Shown one piece after another: positions 12,601 to 27,600 of a DNA stretch of 64,000 nt. Source of the stretch: Epiperipatus broadwayi (Eukaryota > Animalia > Onychophora); contig JAQFVV010000005.1 in NCBI GenBank assembly GCA_028023455.1, positions 15,686,001 through 15,750,000 of the forward strand, given 5' to 3'. Position numbers and translations under genes: made by a program. The number at the start of each line of letters is the position of its first letter. Position 1 is the stretch's first letter. A model generated the notes under the pieces. That model did no database searches. It was not told where the DNA came from and was given only the letters and a program-made list of their open reading frames with translations.

Positions 12601-15600
12601 AATCTCGTTATCTAGAATTATCCCTATCTCCAAACCGGTTTCGAACTAATGGCTCTCATGAGTGAGGTACTAGGATATTCAGGTATTAGATCTAAAATAC
12701 ACACTCAAGCCCAGCATTTATCTAATACTTAACTATTTAGTAGAAATCTGATCAGACATCTATATGTCTTCAAATTTAGCTATCTAACTTAAATAGCTAT
12801 ATGGATCTGAATAATTTTTAGATATACCATAGATTATTAGATCTGATATGTTGGACTATTTCCATCATCTATGAGTGAATGTTGAATGTATAGTAAATTT
12901 TAAACTTTCCAAATACAAACAACTTGTTAGTAATAACGCACAAATAGACAACACAGGTTAGTAATTACACAACATTTCGAGTAGTAGTATTCTCCACTCT
13001 TTTTCAGGTGTTGCTGGCCTATATGTGTTATAACTAACAAGTTGTTTGTATTTGGAAAGTTTAAATAAAGTTTAAAATTTTCTATACATTCAACATAGAT
13101 GATGGAAATAGTCCAACATATCACATCTAATAATATACCATCATCACAAACCTTCAGATACATACATATATTAATTTAAAATAGAGGTTTTAAATGCTTT
13201 TTTTTTTTTTGTGGCATTTATCGGAAAAGCTTGTTTAGTGCTATTAGCACACTCATTATTTTAGATTTGTAATACAAGCTTATTGAGTTAAGTCGTGTGA
13301 TGTACAATTTGATTTTCTTACTATTATAGTTTTGCTTTTGAGATTTTGGTGATGTTATATTGTTAAGGTTATTAATGTATGGTGTAGCTGAAAATTATTC
13401 AGAACCACATAGCTATTTAAGTTAGACGGCTGAATTTGAAGACATATAGATGTCTGAAAATTATAGATTTTCTACTTAATAGTTAAGTATTAGATAAATG
13501 CTGGGTTTGCGTTGGTGCCTCACTGATGAGAGCCATTAGCTTGAAATCGGTGTGGGGATTTTTTCTCTTGTGGCATTTATCGGAAAAGCTTGTTTAGAAT
13601 TATCAGCATGCTCATTATATTACAATTTCTAATATATTTATATATAATTAAATAAAAGCTTATGTTATGACATCCGCTTTGAATAGCATTTATAGTTAGA
13701 ATTTTTTAAAAAAAATCTCATCAACATTAATATTATTGTGATTTTGATTTCTTGAAATGCTCTTCAAGATGGTATTTGTGCCATAAGTTAGCTATAGCTT
13801 TTATTTATTTATTATAAATTGGTAAATTTATTTTGTTTTATTATGTATATATAATGACAAACATTGATTTGAATGCATGGCATTAAACAAAATGTATATA
13901 TATCTTTAAAAAATTAACATATTTTAGTATGTGGTTATTATTAAATTGTTAAGGATGAGATTGCTTGAATAAAGTCTTTTTTTCTGAGTTCTAAGAGACT
14001 CTTTAGAATCATGAAATCTTAAAAATGTGCATACAATTAAAGGCCATTTTCTATCCTGAATTAAATTAAGAATTTTTTTTTTTTTTTTTTTGGAATCCAC
14101 GAATCATTAATAATCAGAGTGGAGAAATTTCTTTAATGGATTCATGATCATGTTCTTTTTTGCAGGGAGGAATTTGGTCCTAAACATCCTAAGTATTCCG
14201 ATGCTTTATTAGATTTTGGATTTTATTTACTTAATGTTGACTTAATTGGTCAATCAGTGCAGGTGTATCAGGTAAGTGAAATTGAATTATCTGAAATAGT
14301 ATTTATAATAAAATTTTAAAATTATTCTTTTTTAAAATTTATCTCTTTTTTTTCTCATATATATGGTGTATCCCAATGAAAAGGAAATTGATGATTAGTT
14401 CTTTTTTCCAGCTGTCTACAGTACTATCTCTGAATCAACCTATTTTATATAATAATATAGTTTTGCTATTTACAATATAAATTTTAAAGCACTACCATGC
14501 CTGGATTACGAATTACAATTGTTTCATAACTTTTTCCACAATAGAATTTTATTTTAAATCGGGCAAAACTTCTGCTCAAACATTTGAAATAATTTAATTA
14601 TGTTAGTGAAACTAAGACTCAAAAAATATTTTCAAGTAGTTTGCAAGATTTCCTGAATTGCAGGAAGTGCATTGAAGATAATCTATAGAGATGCAAAAAA
14701 ACATATTTCATGTCTTAACTTGTGATCCAAATATGGTAGTGTCTTAAAATTTTGGTTATGAATGGTTAAACTATAGTACTGCAAACAGTTTGGAGAGGAA
14801 CAGTCACTTTTTTACTGAAACATATTGTGTAAGTATGCATAAGTAACATATATAAAATAAATATAAATTTATATATTGTTATAGATATTGTGAATGTGGG
14901 AATAATATAAATGAATCTACGGGATCTATTTCAAAATAGAACCCTATTGTATTTGACTAAACAATAGTGTATAAAGAACAATAAAGTTGCATGAGTGTGT
15001 GCATATAAAATTAATCAATATAAAAGCTATTAAAGTTTCACTCTAGAAATAGTTAGCATATGTAATAAATATGCAATTATAAAAATAATCTAAATATGCT
15101 AATTTGCAAGGGGACAATAATAGAAAATATATACGTAAATTAGGTCACATTGAATAAAACTAACAATCTAAAGCAATAGAGAGAATAGCCAGAGAGTAGT
15201 AAAGAGCAATACAATGTATAATGTGAATTCAAGAAGTACTGAAGAAAGCATTATAGTGAAAAGTTAGTAGAGAAGAGTTAACAATAAAATAAAGAACTGT
15301 AAATAAAATAATGCGTTATTATAGTTTCATTCATGATTAAGACTGATATAATTTATGGAATTCAAGCCACTAGTTGAAATATTATCAATTTAATAACATT
15401 ATATATTTTGAGTAATAAATTTAATGAGTGCATAGCTGGCTTAGATCAAATCTAGTGCCATTACATATCTATAGCAGATGACAATTCAAGACACTAACTT
15501 ATACTTATGCCATTGAAAAAGGAATAGTATACGAAATTGTGCAAGAATATATCAAAGAATTTTAAAATATGCTGACAATTCAAGACACTAACTTTTACCA

Positions 15601-18600
15601 CCATAATTGAAAAAGGAATAGCTTACAAAATTATTCTAGAGCATGCCAAAGAATTTAAAAATAGCTGAAATTAAGTCAACCATATATGTAATGTTCTGAT
15701 GTTTGCGATAATATTATTTCCACACTTAATTCAAACGCTTCAACAATTCAATTTATTTCCTTACTATAACTAGTGCTTTCGAAGCTGTAGGCAGTTCTGA
15801 TGCTGAATATTTAGCGTAAAAGATGCAAAATTATGCAAATCAGGTTTGCCATTTCTTAAACAAGAAAGACACAGACTGCTGAGAAGAATACTAATTAGGA
15901 TGCTTGTACTTGCTGTTGCTGGAAGGATGGGGGGCTAAGGAAAAATAAAATGTGTAAATTTAGAAAAGTATAATAATTGCAGACAGTCAGCTCATTTGTC
16001 AAAAGTTTGTAAAAACATGAAAAATGACTAAGTTAGATTTACCTGCCAATAGTAAATTAGAGGAGGAGTGTTTAAGATTTCAGCAATAAAATAATGGTAA
16101 ATGAGAATATGTATAATATAATAAATGTCAGAATTTACCATCAAGATTATCAAAATGAAAATTGATAGTGGGGCAGCCATAACTCATTGCTTTAAAAAAT
16201 TGGACAGCTCATTAATAGGAAATGGAATCAAAAAGATGAACTTTGTTGCTACAGACATAAATAAGAATCCTTTGATATAAAAAGAATAGCGATTGTACGA
16301 GTAAAAGTAAACATATGGTTAAAAATTTACCACTATATGTAGTAACTAAGAATCTCAGCTTTATTTTGGGACATAACTGATTCCAACATATGGGACTAAG
16401 TATTGAATGCATCAAGAGGACAAACTGAAATTTAAAGTCCAGAATACATTTACACTGTTGATTAAATTGTCTAAAGAGACTAAATAGCAAAGTTACAGCA
16501 GAATGGATAAAAAATGAAGCAGAATACCAATTATTAAAAAATTGGATCAAACAAGGCTGACCTATAAGATGAGCAAACTACATAGTGCTGCAAATCTGGA
16601 CTGCTCGGAAAAGTTTATCAATGTGTAAAGAATATATTCTTATGGCTGACCGAGTTTTAATTCCAACTGAGGGGAGGAAATGTGCTATAAAAAGAATATT
16701 CCATATAAAAGAACTAGTATATATATATATATGAGCTGTTTGCATAGATAATGAAGCTAGAACGTATATATTTACAAGCTAAATTTTAATTTACTAAAAT
16801 ATAAACTATTAAATTAAAGCACTTTCAAGAGACTACTTGCTGTCATACTCAGGTGGCCAGACACAAATAATGATACTGAGATAACTGTAAAGATATGTTA
16901 AGCCTCAAGAAGTAGAGAAGATACCTGGGAAGGAGTTCAAACCATGGCCTGAAACTACAAAAGCATGGGAAAGGGTCCATTTAAACTATGCAACGCTCTT
17001 CCATGGATATATATTTCTTGTAGCTATTGATTCATCCTCCAAATAGACAGAATACAAAATGGTCAAAATTACCAACATTGATAATATAATAAAAGTACTA
17101 AATGAATTCTGCTACGCATGGATATCCTGAGATAATAATTACTGACAACAGTGCAGGATTTTGTTTAGTACAATCGAAGAATTTTCTAGCTGAGAAAGGG
17201 ATACAAGTTTTAATTAAGAAAAAAAAAATCTTAGTGCTTTAAATAAAAACATTATAGGATTAACTCTAATGTATATTACAAAAAAAATATATATATATTT
17301 TACAAGAATATCTTTCTTTGTTACATTAAAAATTTAGTTTTTTTCTCAAAATCGGAAATAAATCAAATAAAATATTTATATTAGAGACTTTTTTTTATAT
17401 AATTTCAAATAATTTATAGGACTTTAAATATCAATAAATATTATTATTCAATATCTGCTTTAATTTCTCCTTTTTTAAAAGCTGAACACACATTATATTG
17501 TGTGCTATAAGACCATTAAATCTCATTGTCTAGTATTCATATATGTTTGTATGATATAAAGCTATCTTCTGGTAGGTGTACCATATGAAATAAAAGCTTT
17601 CAAGAGTTCATTAAATGATATAATGTATAAATATTAAGATCTTAAAGGTTGATAAGCTGTAATAAAGCAACATTGGTGATCAAATGTTGTTGTTTGGTTA
17701 TAGTATTCTGTAACCAATACAGAGACTTCAGACCCTCAGTGAAGTATGGTAGGAGAGTTGTGTAATAGGAGTAACAAGAAGAGATAGAAAACAAAATACA
17801 TGGGCAAGAGAACAAGCAGGTGGGCAGGACATATTGCTAGAAGAGATGATAGGTATTTGAAATCTTAACTTGGATTCCAAGAGATTGTAAAAGACCACAT
17901 GCAAGATGGATTGATGAAATATACGAAAGTGTGCTGTGGTGATGTGGAGAAGAGAGACTAGAAATTGGAAAAGATGGACTGAGCTTGGAGAGACCTTTTT
18001 TCTGCAGTGGATTGATAATGGTTCAAAATGATGATGATTCTATTGCCAATTTAATTTCACCTGTTCATAATCACAGAATGTAACAATATACATATATCAT
18101 TTAGTCATATATATATATATATATAATTATTTTCATTGAAATGAATAGATTTCCAAACTATTTAGTTTAACTCAATATTTCTTTTAAATAATATAAAGAT
18201 GGTTGGTCTCATAGACTTTATTAATCATGATTATTATGATTCGTTTCTGTGTATATTTCAATGTAAATAAATTCTTTTTTTTAAAGAATTTATATATGTT
18301 TAATAGTTCTTGAAGATAGGGATAAAACTTAATTATCATCAGTTCCAAATTAATATTGCAATTTATATTAGCATTTTAGTTTTAGCACTGCATCATAGAT
18401 AGACTTTACTGCCTTTTTATATTTAAATCATTTGAAATGTAATTAATTGAAGTATGTACATTTTGGTTAAAAAAATATTCGGTTGGTTTTTAAATAGAAG
18501 AGGTGTGTAGTTGATATAAAGTTTACCAAATATTTTGTATAAATTAATAAATTGGCAAAATTATTATCATCATCATTAATAGCATCTTGGAACATAGAGA

Positions 18601-21600
18601 GTGCTACATTCCATGGTTTTCTTCTTGACTTTTCCTGTAATTCTTTTTCCATGTTATTTATCCAGTCTAAAGCTTGTTTTCTTTCTGGCATCGTCATTTG
18701 TAGTTAATTAGGTTTTTGCATGTTTTTTGTATAATTCTTTATTTAATCTCAATCAAGACACAATTAAAATACCATGAAAACCTCAGTCCGGTTTCTGAAT
18801 TAGCCAATACACTAATTCCAAGTTCTATATTTATATAGAATAACTAGTTGTATGATAGTCTATAAAATGTTTTTAATAGTACAGTATTCAATTATTTGAT
18901 GACTTGCCAGTGGACAAATGATATTTCTAAGTGATTATTTGAGTATGTTGTTTATATATTGCTGTGTTCACCAGCAACTTTGCATACCAGCAAAGTTGCA
19001 GTTAAATAAATAAACAACACAAATAAAAATAACATGAGTTTTATTATACTCATAATAAATATATATAAAGTAAATGAAACTAAACAATAATTCTTAAAGA
19101 GTGTATTTAAATTTTATTATATTAACAATGTCATACATATATATGCATGCTTCTTCATTTACAACATTATACATATTTCATTTATTTATAGTTTATATAA
19201 ATATAAGTGTCCTGCATAGTTTAGTGTAGTGATGGTGGCAAATTCAACAGCTAAAGATCTGTAGATTGTAGTTCAATTATCTCTTGGTGCTTGAAAGTCA
19301 TATGATTTCCTTAGTGACTAATTATTTGATAATTATTAATGTTGATGTAATGTAAAATAACTTTTTAAATGTACTCATACGCTTTTTTATATCTCTCCAA
19401 ATTTACTCTTGTTTTCAAATAAATCACAGATTTTTTTCTATTTTTTTTCTTCTTTCTTTGATATCTAAAGTTCCAGTCTTCACACCTTTTAATTATAATC
19501 ACTCTCTAATGTTATCATATATATTTCTATATTCTATATATATATATTATTTTTATGTAATACTAAAATACTTTTTTAATTCTTATCCAATTTCCATAAC
19601 TATTTCCTTAATCAATCTATCTATCTTCTTTTCAAATAGTTCTCGTAATTATACATTTAAAATATATTCTCCACACATTTATTCCATTTTTTATATAAAC
19701 ACATAGAAAGCAAATATCTACTTGGCTAATTTTGCATATTTAATACGCACTTATTAATTGATGTCTTCACATAAAACCAATTAGGTATTATTTTTACTAA
19801 TTATTTTCATTTATATATTGTAGCCTTCTAAACATTTTAAATTTGGTTTTAATTTCTCTCTTAAAAAAATTCCATTCCATTTTTTCGTAAACAGCCTCAT
19901 TTGCTGCCTATAATTCACTAACTTTTATTAATGTAAAATAGTCTTTCCTTAAACAAAATCAAAAGTATTTGTGACTAGACTATATAATCAGAAACTTTGT
20001 TAGCTAAGTTAAACATTTCCTCTCACCAAAACTCTTATTAGAATAAGTTAATCTATTTCTTCCTCTTTATTACCTAATTATTTTTCTAGTCATGATTCAC
20101 GGCCCCCCCCCCCCACTGTCTCCTATTCCCTTTTAATTAATAAAAGCTGTTGTAATAGTTTCACTATCTGTTCTATTTCTCAATTTCATTATAAGGTTTT
20201 GAACAAAAAACATAAAATTTATCTTTTTCACTCCCTATCAGTAAATTTGTACCACTTCCTGTACAATTTATCCCAATTCTTTATCAACATTCTACATTCC
20301 ATAAATAAATGTTCAACAATCTCTCACTCCTATCTCTACATAAGCTATATCTGCAATCCAATTCTGTATTCCATTTTTGATCTTTCCTTTCTGGTATCTA
20401 AAATATTGAATTTTGCATCAAATAATTATAATCTCCCATTAGTGCTATCATACCATTTTTTTATATTTTTATTCTTATATAATTCCAAATTATTATTATT
20501 TTTATGCACATTTACTTTCTGAAACTATAATTCTTTTTCTTTAATCAATTTATCTGTCCTCTTTCCCAGTCTCTCATAATTATTTACCTATAGTACATTC
20601 TATACAATTTTTTATTTAAATTCATGGAAATAGATTATTATTGAGAAGACTTAAACAGCCTCTATTAGATCATTATGAAAATAAAATATATTGAATATAA
20701 TCTGTGATAATGAGATCGTAGAGTATGCTTAATTGTATATTAATATTATAAGATATAACTTTGTAATGTATTAATTATATAATTGATTATGTTCTCTCTC
20801 TATATATATACCATTTTTAGACAGCATTAGATATTCGTCAATCAGTATTTGGAGGAAATAATTTACATGTCGCAGTTGCTCATGAGGACTTAGCTTATAC
20901 TTCCTATGTTCATGAGTATAGTTCAGGGAAATTTACCGATGCTAGGTAATTTTTTTTTCAAAAAAATTATTCATATTTATAAATAAATGAAAATAAAGAA
21001 TATAAGAAGAAAAAAAAAAGACTTGAATGCTATTATTATCTTGCGTAAATTTATGCAAATCTGTTGCTTAATTTTTAGAGATCATGCAGAGAAATCCATG
21101 GAAATCATGAGTCATATACTTCCAGAGGACCATTTATTAATGGCTTCATCCAAAAGAGTCAAAGGTGAGTAGATAGGGAAGAAGTAATTTGAATATTTAC
21201 TATTTTAGTATTAATAAATGGTATTAATGTTTGTGATAATATTTTTTTTTTTTTTGCTCCAGTAGATAGTTGGACATTGTGGGAGATTTTTTTCAGGCAC
21301 TTTAAAAAAGTTGCTTAAGTTTTGAATTTTAATAGCTTAAGATATATAAAAAGCACAAGTTTACAATATAAGTCATTTTTGAAAACTTACTTTTTGAGGT
21401 TTTAAATAGTTGATTCTTGTTTACTATAACTATCATGTTAGCTATACATAATCTGTATTCTATTTTAATAATGTTTCATCAACCCCATCTTCTACACGTG
21501 CTCTGAAATATCAATTCTAGGTATGCACTCTGAAATTAATATGAAGATTTTTAAAATTGAAGAAATTCAGAAGTAGTATATTTTGACATTTATTAGTTGT

Positions 21601-24600
21601 TATTATTTCATAATTTGCAAGATATATATAGACTGTCCAAAGCTCTTCAAATGTTATGTATTACTGTCTGTGTTTTATATTTATTAATGAGCATTAAATA
21701 AATTTATTTTATAAATACCATATTTTTAACAAGCTTTTATTTGCACTAATTGCCCTTCAACGAATACACAAAAGATTTTATATCATATTTAATTAAATTA
21801 AAATAAGTGTAGGATTGGATTTAATTGCATATTAGTAGCATTAGCATATTTTTTCATTGTTTGAAGTATATTTAAAACCTCACGATGTATTTCAGGCTGA
21901 ACCAGAAATGCACTTTGAGGATAATTTGCCTTTTTAAATGGTTTTACTCATATGTTTAAAGATTGTGAGTGGTAAAATAAAAATTTGAAATCTATATATT
22001 TCATATAGATAAAAGAGTTATGGAAATGGATAAATGATAGCACCATCAGACATTTTTGTAACCATCTGGTCATTCATAAGGCAATCTTAATTGGCATCCT
22101 TCGTTCCAACAAAATGTTTGATCGTTCTGGCACCATTCATCTATTTGCCATTGATTCCCGGATTATCATTCCACTCAACATACTTGCCTGTACAACTTTC
22201 CACCCATGCCGATCTCCAAACTGCAACCAATTTTCAGCAAATTACAAACAATCGACCAGACATTGTATACCAGACCTTAACCTGGACATTAGCTAACATT
22301 ATTGATTATATGTTAGCTTAGGAACTCAACCATATGTTAAAATACAAGCCTGAATTCCACATCTGGAGATAGCAATCCAAATTTTCCAAGGACTTATAAT
22401 AGTATTCTGAACATAAAACTTTTTAACATTTATTGATTTTCAAGCATGGGTTGGCCATTTCCAAAAATCATTTGTAGCTCTCTTAGATAAGAATAGATAT
22501 ACTAATCATTTAAAGTTTTTATCTAGGCTTAAAATGATAAGATTAATCTTTAGTTCAGTTAAAGGTGTGCGAGCAAGAAATTTGACACTTGTAGATTAAG
22601 TTGCAACAATGTTTATAATACTGGAATACTGATTGTAATTTTTAAAAATATTAGATCACAGTGTGTGAATAGAAAGAAGAAAACAGTTAAAAAGAGGGAG
22701 GGGATAAGAATTGAAGGGCTTTATTGTTTGAGGGTTCATAAGAAGTTTGAGCATAGGCCGTTCCAAAATTTCAATTGATCTAAGGATCTTTTACTTAAGA
22801 ATCTGGCATTTACCACTGCACTAATCCATGCAGAGTATTAAAAGATTATCATGCACACATGTAAAGAGATAAGCACTTATGCGCAATAATCACTCTTCAA
22901 TAAATGCATAAAAGATTACAAAGTACATTTTATTTGATTAGAAATGAATGGTTGAGTCAAACTGCATAATAAGGGCCATTAGTAAATTTATTTTTTATAA
23001 TTTATAATATTAAAGTGTTAATTATAATTTTTAAAAATATAAAATTGTGATACATAAGTAGAAAGAGGAAAATGGTCAAAAGATGAAGGTTATGGAAGTA
23101 ATTATAGATATGTTGGATCTTGATTAATTTTAAAATCTTTATCTAAGATTCACTACATCTACACTCTCAAAACCTAAAGATTTAGTAATCCATGATTTAA
23201 AAAATATTAAATGAAAAATAAAAAATTAGAAATTGGTTTCATATATTTTATAGTCTGCTGTACAACAATGCCGTTTTCTTGTTTCACGCATTTCTTATTT
23301 TGAATTACTCTCTGAGTTTCATGCACTTTTGATTCATAGTATTTCAATTGCAATGAAAGCATGAATTTTACATATTTTGTATTTGCCCTTTTCTTGTCTT
23401 GCACATTCCTTAGTCTTATATAACTCATTAAGTTTTATGCACTCTTCAGTGATATTACTGCAGTTGCAATGAAGACATAGCATTTATTATTTTTCTAAAT
23501 AATGCTGGCAGCCATTTGCCAATTTTAAAAGAAGTCTTGAAATATTTTATTTATGTGATAAAACCAGAATAATTGATTTAGTTAAAAGATAAAAAGTTGT
23601 ATATTGAAACTAACAATTCAGTAAGAATGAATTATCAATTTGCAAAGTAGTAAAAAAAAAAAGGTGTGCTAGTATTATTAGTGTTTCTAAAGCTGCTAAA
23701 ATTACATCCACAGTATGTTATAAAATCTAGTGAAAACTGAAAAAGCAGTAAAGGTATTAATATGGATAGAATGAACATTAGAGTAATTAGTATCAAATTT
23801 TTACTGTAATGGCTGTTTATATAGATTCAGAAATATGAGTTTAAAAACATTATGTAGACATTATATCATTATTATTAATTTGATAATAAGATGAATGGAG
23901 AATGATAGTAAGTTTTAATTTTTTTTTTTCTGAGAGAAAATACTGAAGTTAGATTTGATTACAGTATACACATGTCTAAATGTAATGATTTTAATGAGCA
24001 TAATTTTATGGCTTATCAAATATGTAATGCTAAGAATATAAACCCTTCATGGGCCAAATTAGTCTGAATACATTACTAAGATAATTTAAAAGAATGTTTG
24101 GTTGTATTCTCATCCTTGGTGTTCGCCTAGAGATGGCGTTGATGCTAATCAAAAACATATACATATAACGATTCCGGGCCCCGACCTAAATGATGGATTT
24201 GATCTAAAAAGATCTGATTTCTTAGATTTATAATAAAATATTCTATTAACTAATACTATTATATGATGTTAGTTTTTTCATTTTTTTCATAAATGTTTAT
24301 TAATCTTATCTTGTTTTTGAGTTTGTGTGTGTGTGTGTCTTTTTAAAGTTACGGTGTTTTTCTAACTTTTTTTTTTTTGGACTTTATATGTGTCTTTTTA
24401 AAGTTACGTTGTTTTTTTTTGCAAGAGTAAATCAATACTTTTATTCAAAAGCAAGACGTAATAAGTAAATGTTTATTAATCTTATCTTGTTTTTGAATTT
24501 GTGTGTGTGTCTTTAAAGTTACGGGGCTTTTTCTAATATTTTTTTTGGGGACTTTATGTGTGTCTTTTTAAATTTACGATACTTTTTTTTTGCAAGAGTA

Positions 24601-27600
24601 AATCAATCATTTGATTCAAAAGCAAGACGTAATAAGTCAATGTTTATTAATCTTAAATTGTTTTTGAGTTTGTGTGTGTGTCTTTAAAGTTACGGGGCTT
24701 TTTCTCATTTTTTTTTTTGGACTTTATGTGTGTTTTTTTAAAGTTACGGTATTTTTGGTCAAGAGTAAAAATCAATTCTTTTTATTAAAAAAGCAAGACG
24801 TAATTCTAAATCTATCAAAAGTAACGTCATTTATATACTACAATTTAGAATTGATACCCGACTACTATTAGTAAGGACCATCATTGAAAGATTCAATTGA
24901 AAAATGCTACCCGACTAATTTCCATTTTCTTTTCTTTTTTTTTTGGGGACAGTAATGAATCAGAAAGTGGGTTGTTTTTGTTAACTCTGTCTATATAAAA
25001 AGGGTACCGTTATTGAAATACTAAATTTAAAAATGATAGCCGACTAATTTGCGTTTCTTTTGACAGTAATTAATCAGAAAGTGGGTTTCTTTTTTTTTTG
25101 GGGGGGGGGTAAATCTTGTGTATATATATAAAAAAAAAAATACCGTAATTCAAATACTCCATTGAAAAAAACCAAACCCCGTTGAATTTGCTTTCTTTTT
25201 TTTTTTTTTAAGACAGTAATTAATCAGGAAGTGGGTTGTTTTTGTTAGTGTGTAGATATAAAAACTAATCTTATTTTGAAATAATAAATGTAACAAAAAT
25301 AATAATAATAATAATACCCGACTAATTTTCTTTTTTGGACAAGTAATTCCTAATAATTAGACACTGGGTTGTTTTTGTTTGTGTGCATATATATATACAG
25401 TATAGCAAAAGTAACTGGTCACGGACGAATTCTCATGAAAACGGTACTTTTCGCGTGATCCTTAATTTTTTTTTCCGTTTCGCACCCTTAAAAGCAATTT
25501 TGAGGGTTACTCATTCGTAATGGAATCTTCAGGACATTATTATTAAACTTACAACAATAAAGTAAGTTACAACACATTAAAAAAAATAGACATCTTATCA
25601 AATTTTAAAAAACTACGACTGCTTCAAATACACACACTCTCACACGAAACTACAGAGAAAATAGATATTCTACTATTACAAGAAAATGATGAACAAAATC
25701 GACTACTACAGTAGCTGATCAAGGCATTTCTTTCTCTTTGCTTTTAGCATAGAAAAAAAAGCCATAACCAGCAGCCGTCGGGAACTCTTTCTGTGTTTTA
25801 TCATAGAAAGAAGTCTCATTTGTGTTGGCTTCTGTCGCTGTCACCTCCTCCGTCCAACATAAGGTGAGGACTTTTCTGCGTTTATAACGTAGAAAATTTT
25901 CTCTTTTGTTGGGTGAAGGCCGGTGAAACGGTATATTTCTAGGAATTTACCTAGAAATAGCGACATCTTGAGGCGAACACCAAGGATGAGAAAACAACCG
26001 AATGTTTTCTAAAGAATCATTTAAATAAACTTGTAAATAATGTCCACCTCTATATCAATATCAATCCATTTTGTCAGATAAAAGATGATCACTTTTATCT
26101 GACCTTTGATTTATTATATAGTAAGAAATTAAATACTGGATATTTAAAAACAATGAAACTTTATTAGCAGCAATTTTTGTTTTTATATTAATTAAGCTAG
26201 CTTACAGTTTCTAATATTAATTTAGATATCATACCATTTCCAACTTTCTTATATACTTCAACAATACTATTTTTATATCAAAACTTTATTGTTACAGTTT
26301 CGACTATCCTGCTATAAGAATAAAGTTTTGATATAAAAAATAGTATTGTTGAAGTGTATAAGAAAGTTGGAAATGGTGTGATATGTAAATATAGAAATCA
26401 ATACATAAGAAAAGAAAGAAGAAGAAAATATTAATTTATATGAAATTCTAATGATGTTAATGAGCAAGTAAATAATTTTATGGCTTATCAAATACGTAGC
26501 ATTAGGAATATAAACTTATTTTTAGAACAAGCAAGTCTGAATACATTACAAAAATAATCTTTTACTGGCATTAGTATAACAAAAGATGAGCATTATTTAC
26601 AATTTCATTTAAATGATTATTTGGAATCTTGTTTGTCAGTTATCTTCAGGCTTGTTTATACCATGGATAGGTTTATATTCTTAACGTTTCATATTTGATA
26701 AGCTGCAAAATTATTTGCTTACTCATTAAATTCATTAGAATTTTACCTAGATTAAAACTTGCTTGATTAATTTAAAAACTGAAATCTCTATTAATAAAAG
26801 GTTTCAGCCTTTTTGAGAATCGGAGCTTAATTTATTATTATACAACTAACTGAAGATCAGATAAAAGTGACCTTTTTTTATCTGACAAAATGGATTGGCA
26901 TTGACGTTTTATTTGCAAGTTCATTTAAATGATTCTTCCTTATGAATTATTTTAGTAATGTATTTATTGTGTTTGGCTGAATTGCAGGATTCAGACTCAA
27001 ATTAATTAACAGTAATATCAAAAAAAAATATGAACACTCCCAAAATACAGTTGTACATAGATAAACGTAGTTAATACTGTGCTGGTCATGCTGAATGACT
27101 GGACTCACTTCCAGCTGTATATTTAGCTTGCCTCGAGTCTGCTGTAGTCATAGCAATTTCCAGTTCTATTGAGGACTTGCCTCATTGTGTAGACTTATCG
27201 ATAGTGAATATAATAGAAACACCTTCACTGTTGGAAGTGGTTTCAATGGAGAGCATGTTCAGTCATATAGGTAGACATGTTCTCTTTTAAGAGCACATAC
27301 TATCATTTAGATTATACAGATGATATCTGACTTGCCTCCAAAGAGGCTGACTATTAATTGCCAGATCCCCTACCTTACTGGCAGCAATCGGATTCAGAGA
27401 GCCTAACCAATGGTAGGATTTTATACACATGTTTACCCATTGGCCATGTTTATACATTGGTAATCCACATGTTCACACATTGGTTAATGGATATGCGTGA
27501 TCGATTCGATCAGATAAGGAAGGAATCTGGACTAGTTCACTTCTGAAGGCAAGGTCAGATATGACAGTATTCAAACTTGTTTGTTCTGTGAATAGGCTTA

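Larger units (their letters stand above)
12506..13635. mobile_element. Three rearranged copies of hammerhead-bearing element subfamily B: minus copy 12506-12936, plus copy with the middle deleted 13028-13290, plus copy ~13368-13635
   Basis: Inverted arms 12506-12606/13184-13290 and 12826-12936/13028-13138; 13368-13635 is the reverse complement of ~12515-12845. Confidence 0.8.

Noticed and set aside
18467-18697. Protein-like 76-aa minus ORF (MTMPERKQALDW..)
   Set aside because: No family recognised, no splice support; a BLASTP would be needed.
24292-25392. CRISPR-like repeat arrays
   Set aside because: Eukaryotic context, long contiguous tandem units, no unique spacers.
26110-26126. Helitron-like 5' end TCTTACTATATAATAAA (minus)
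   Set aside because: Preceded by T rather than A, and homologous copies appear to continue past this point.
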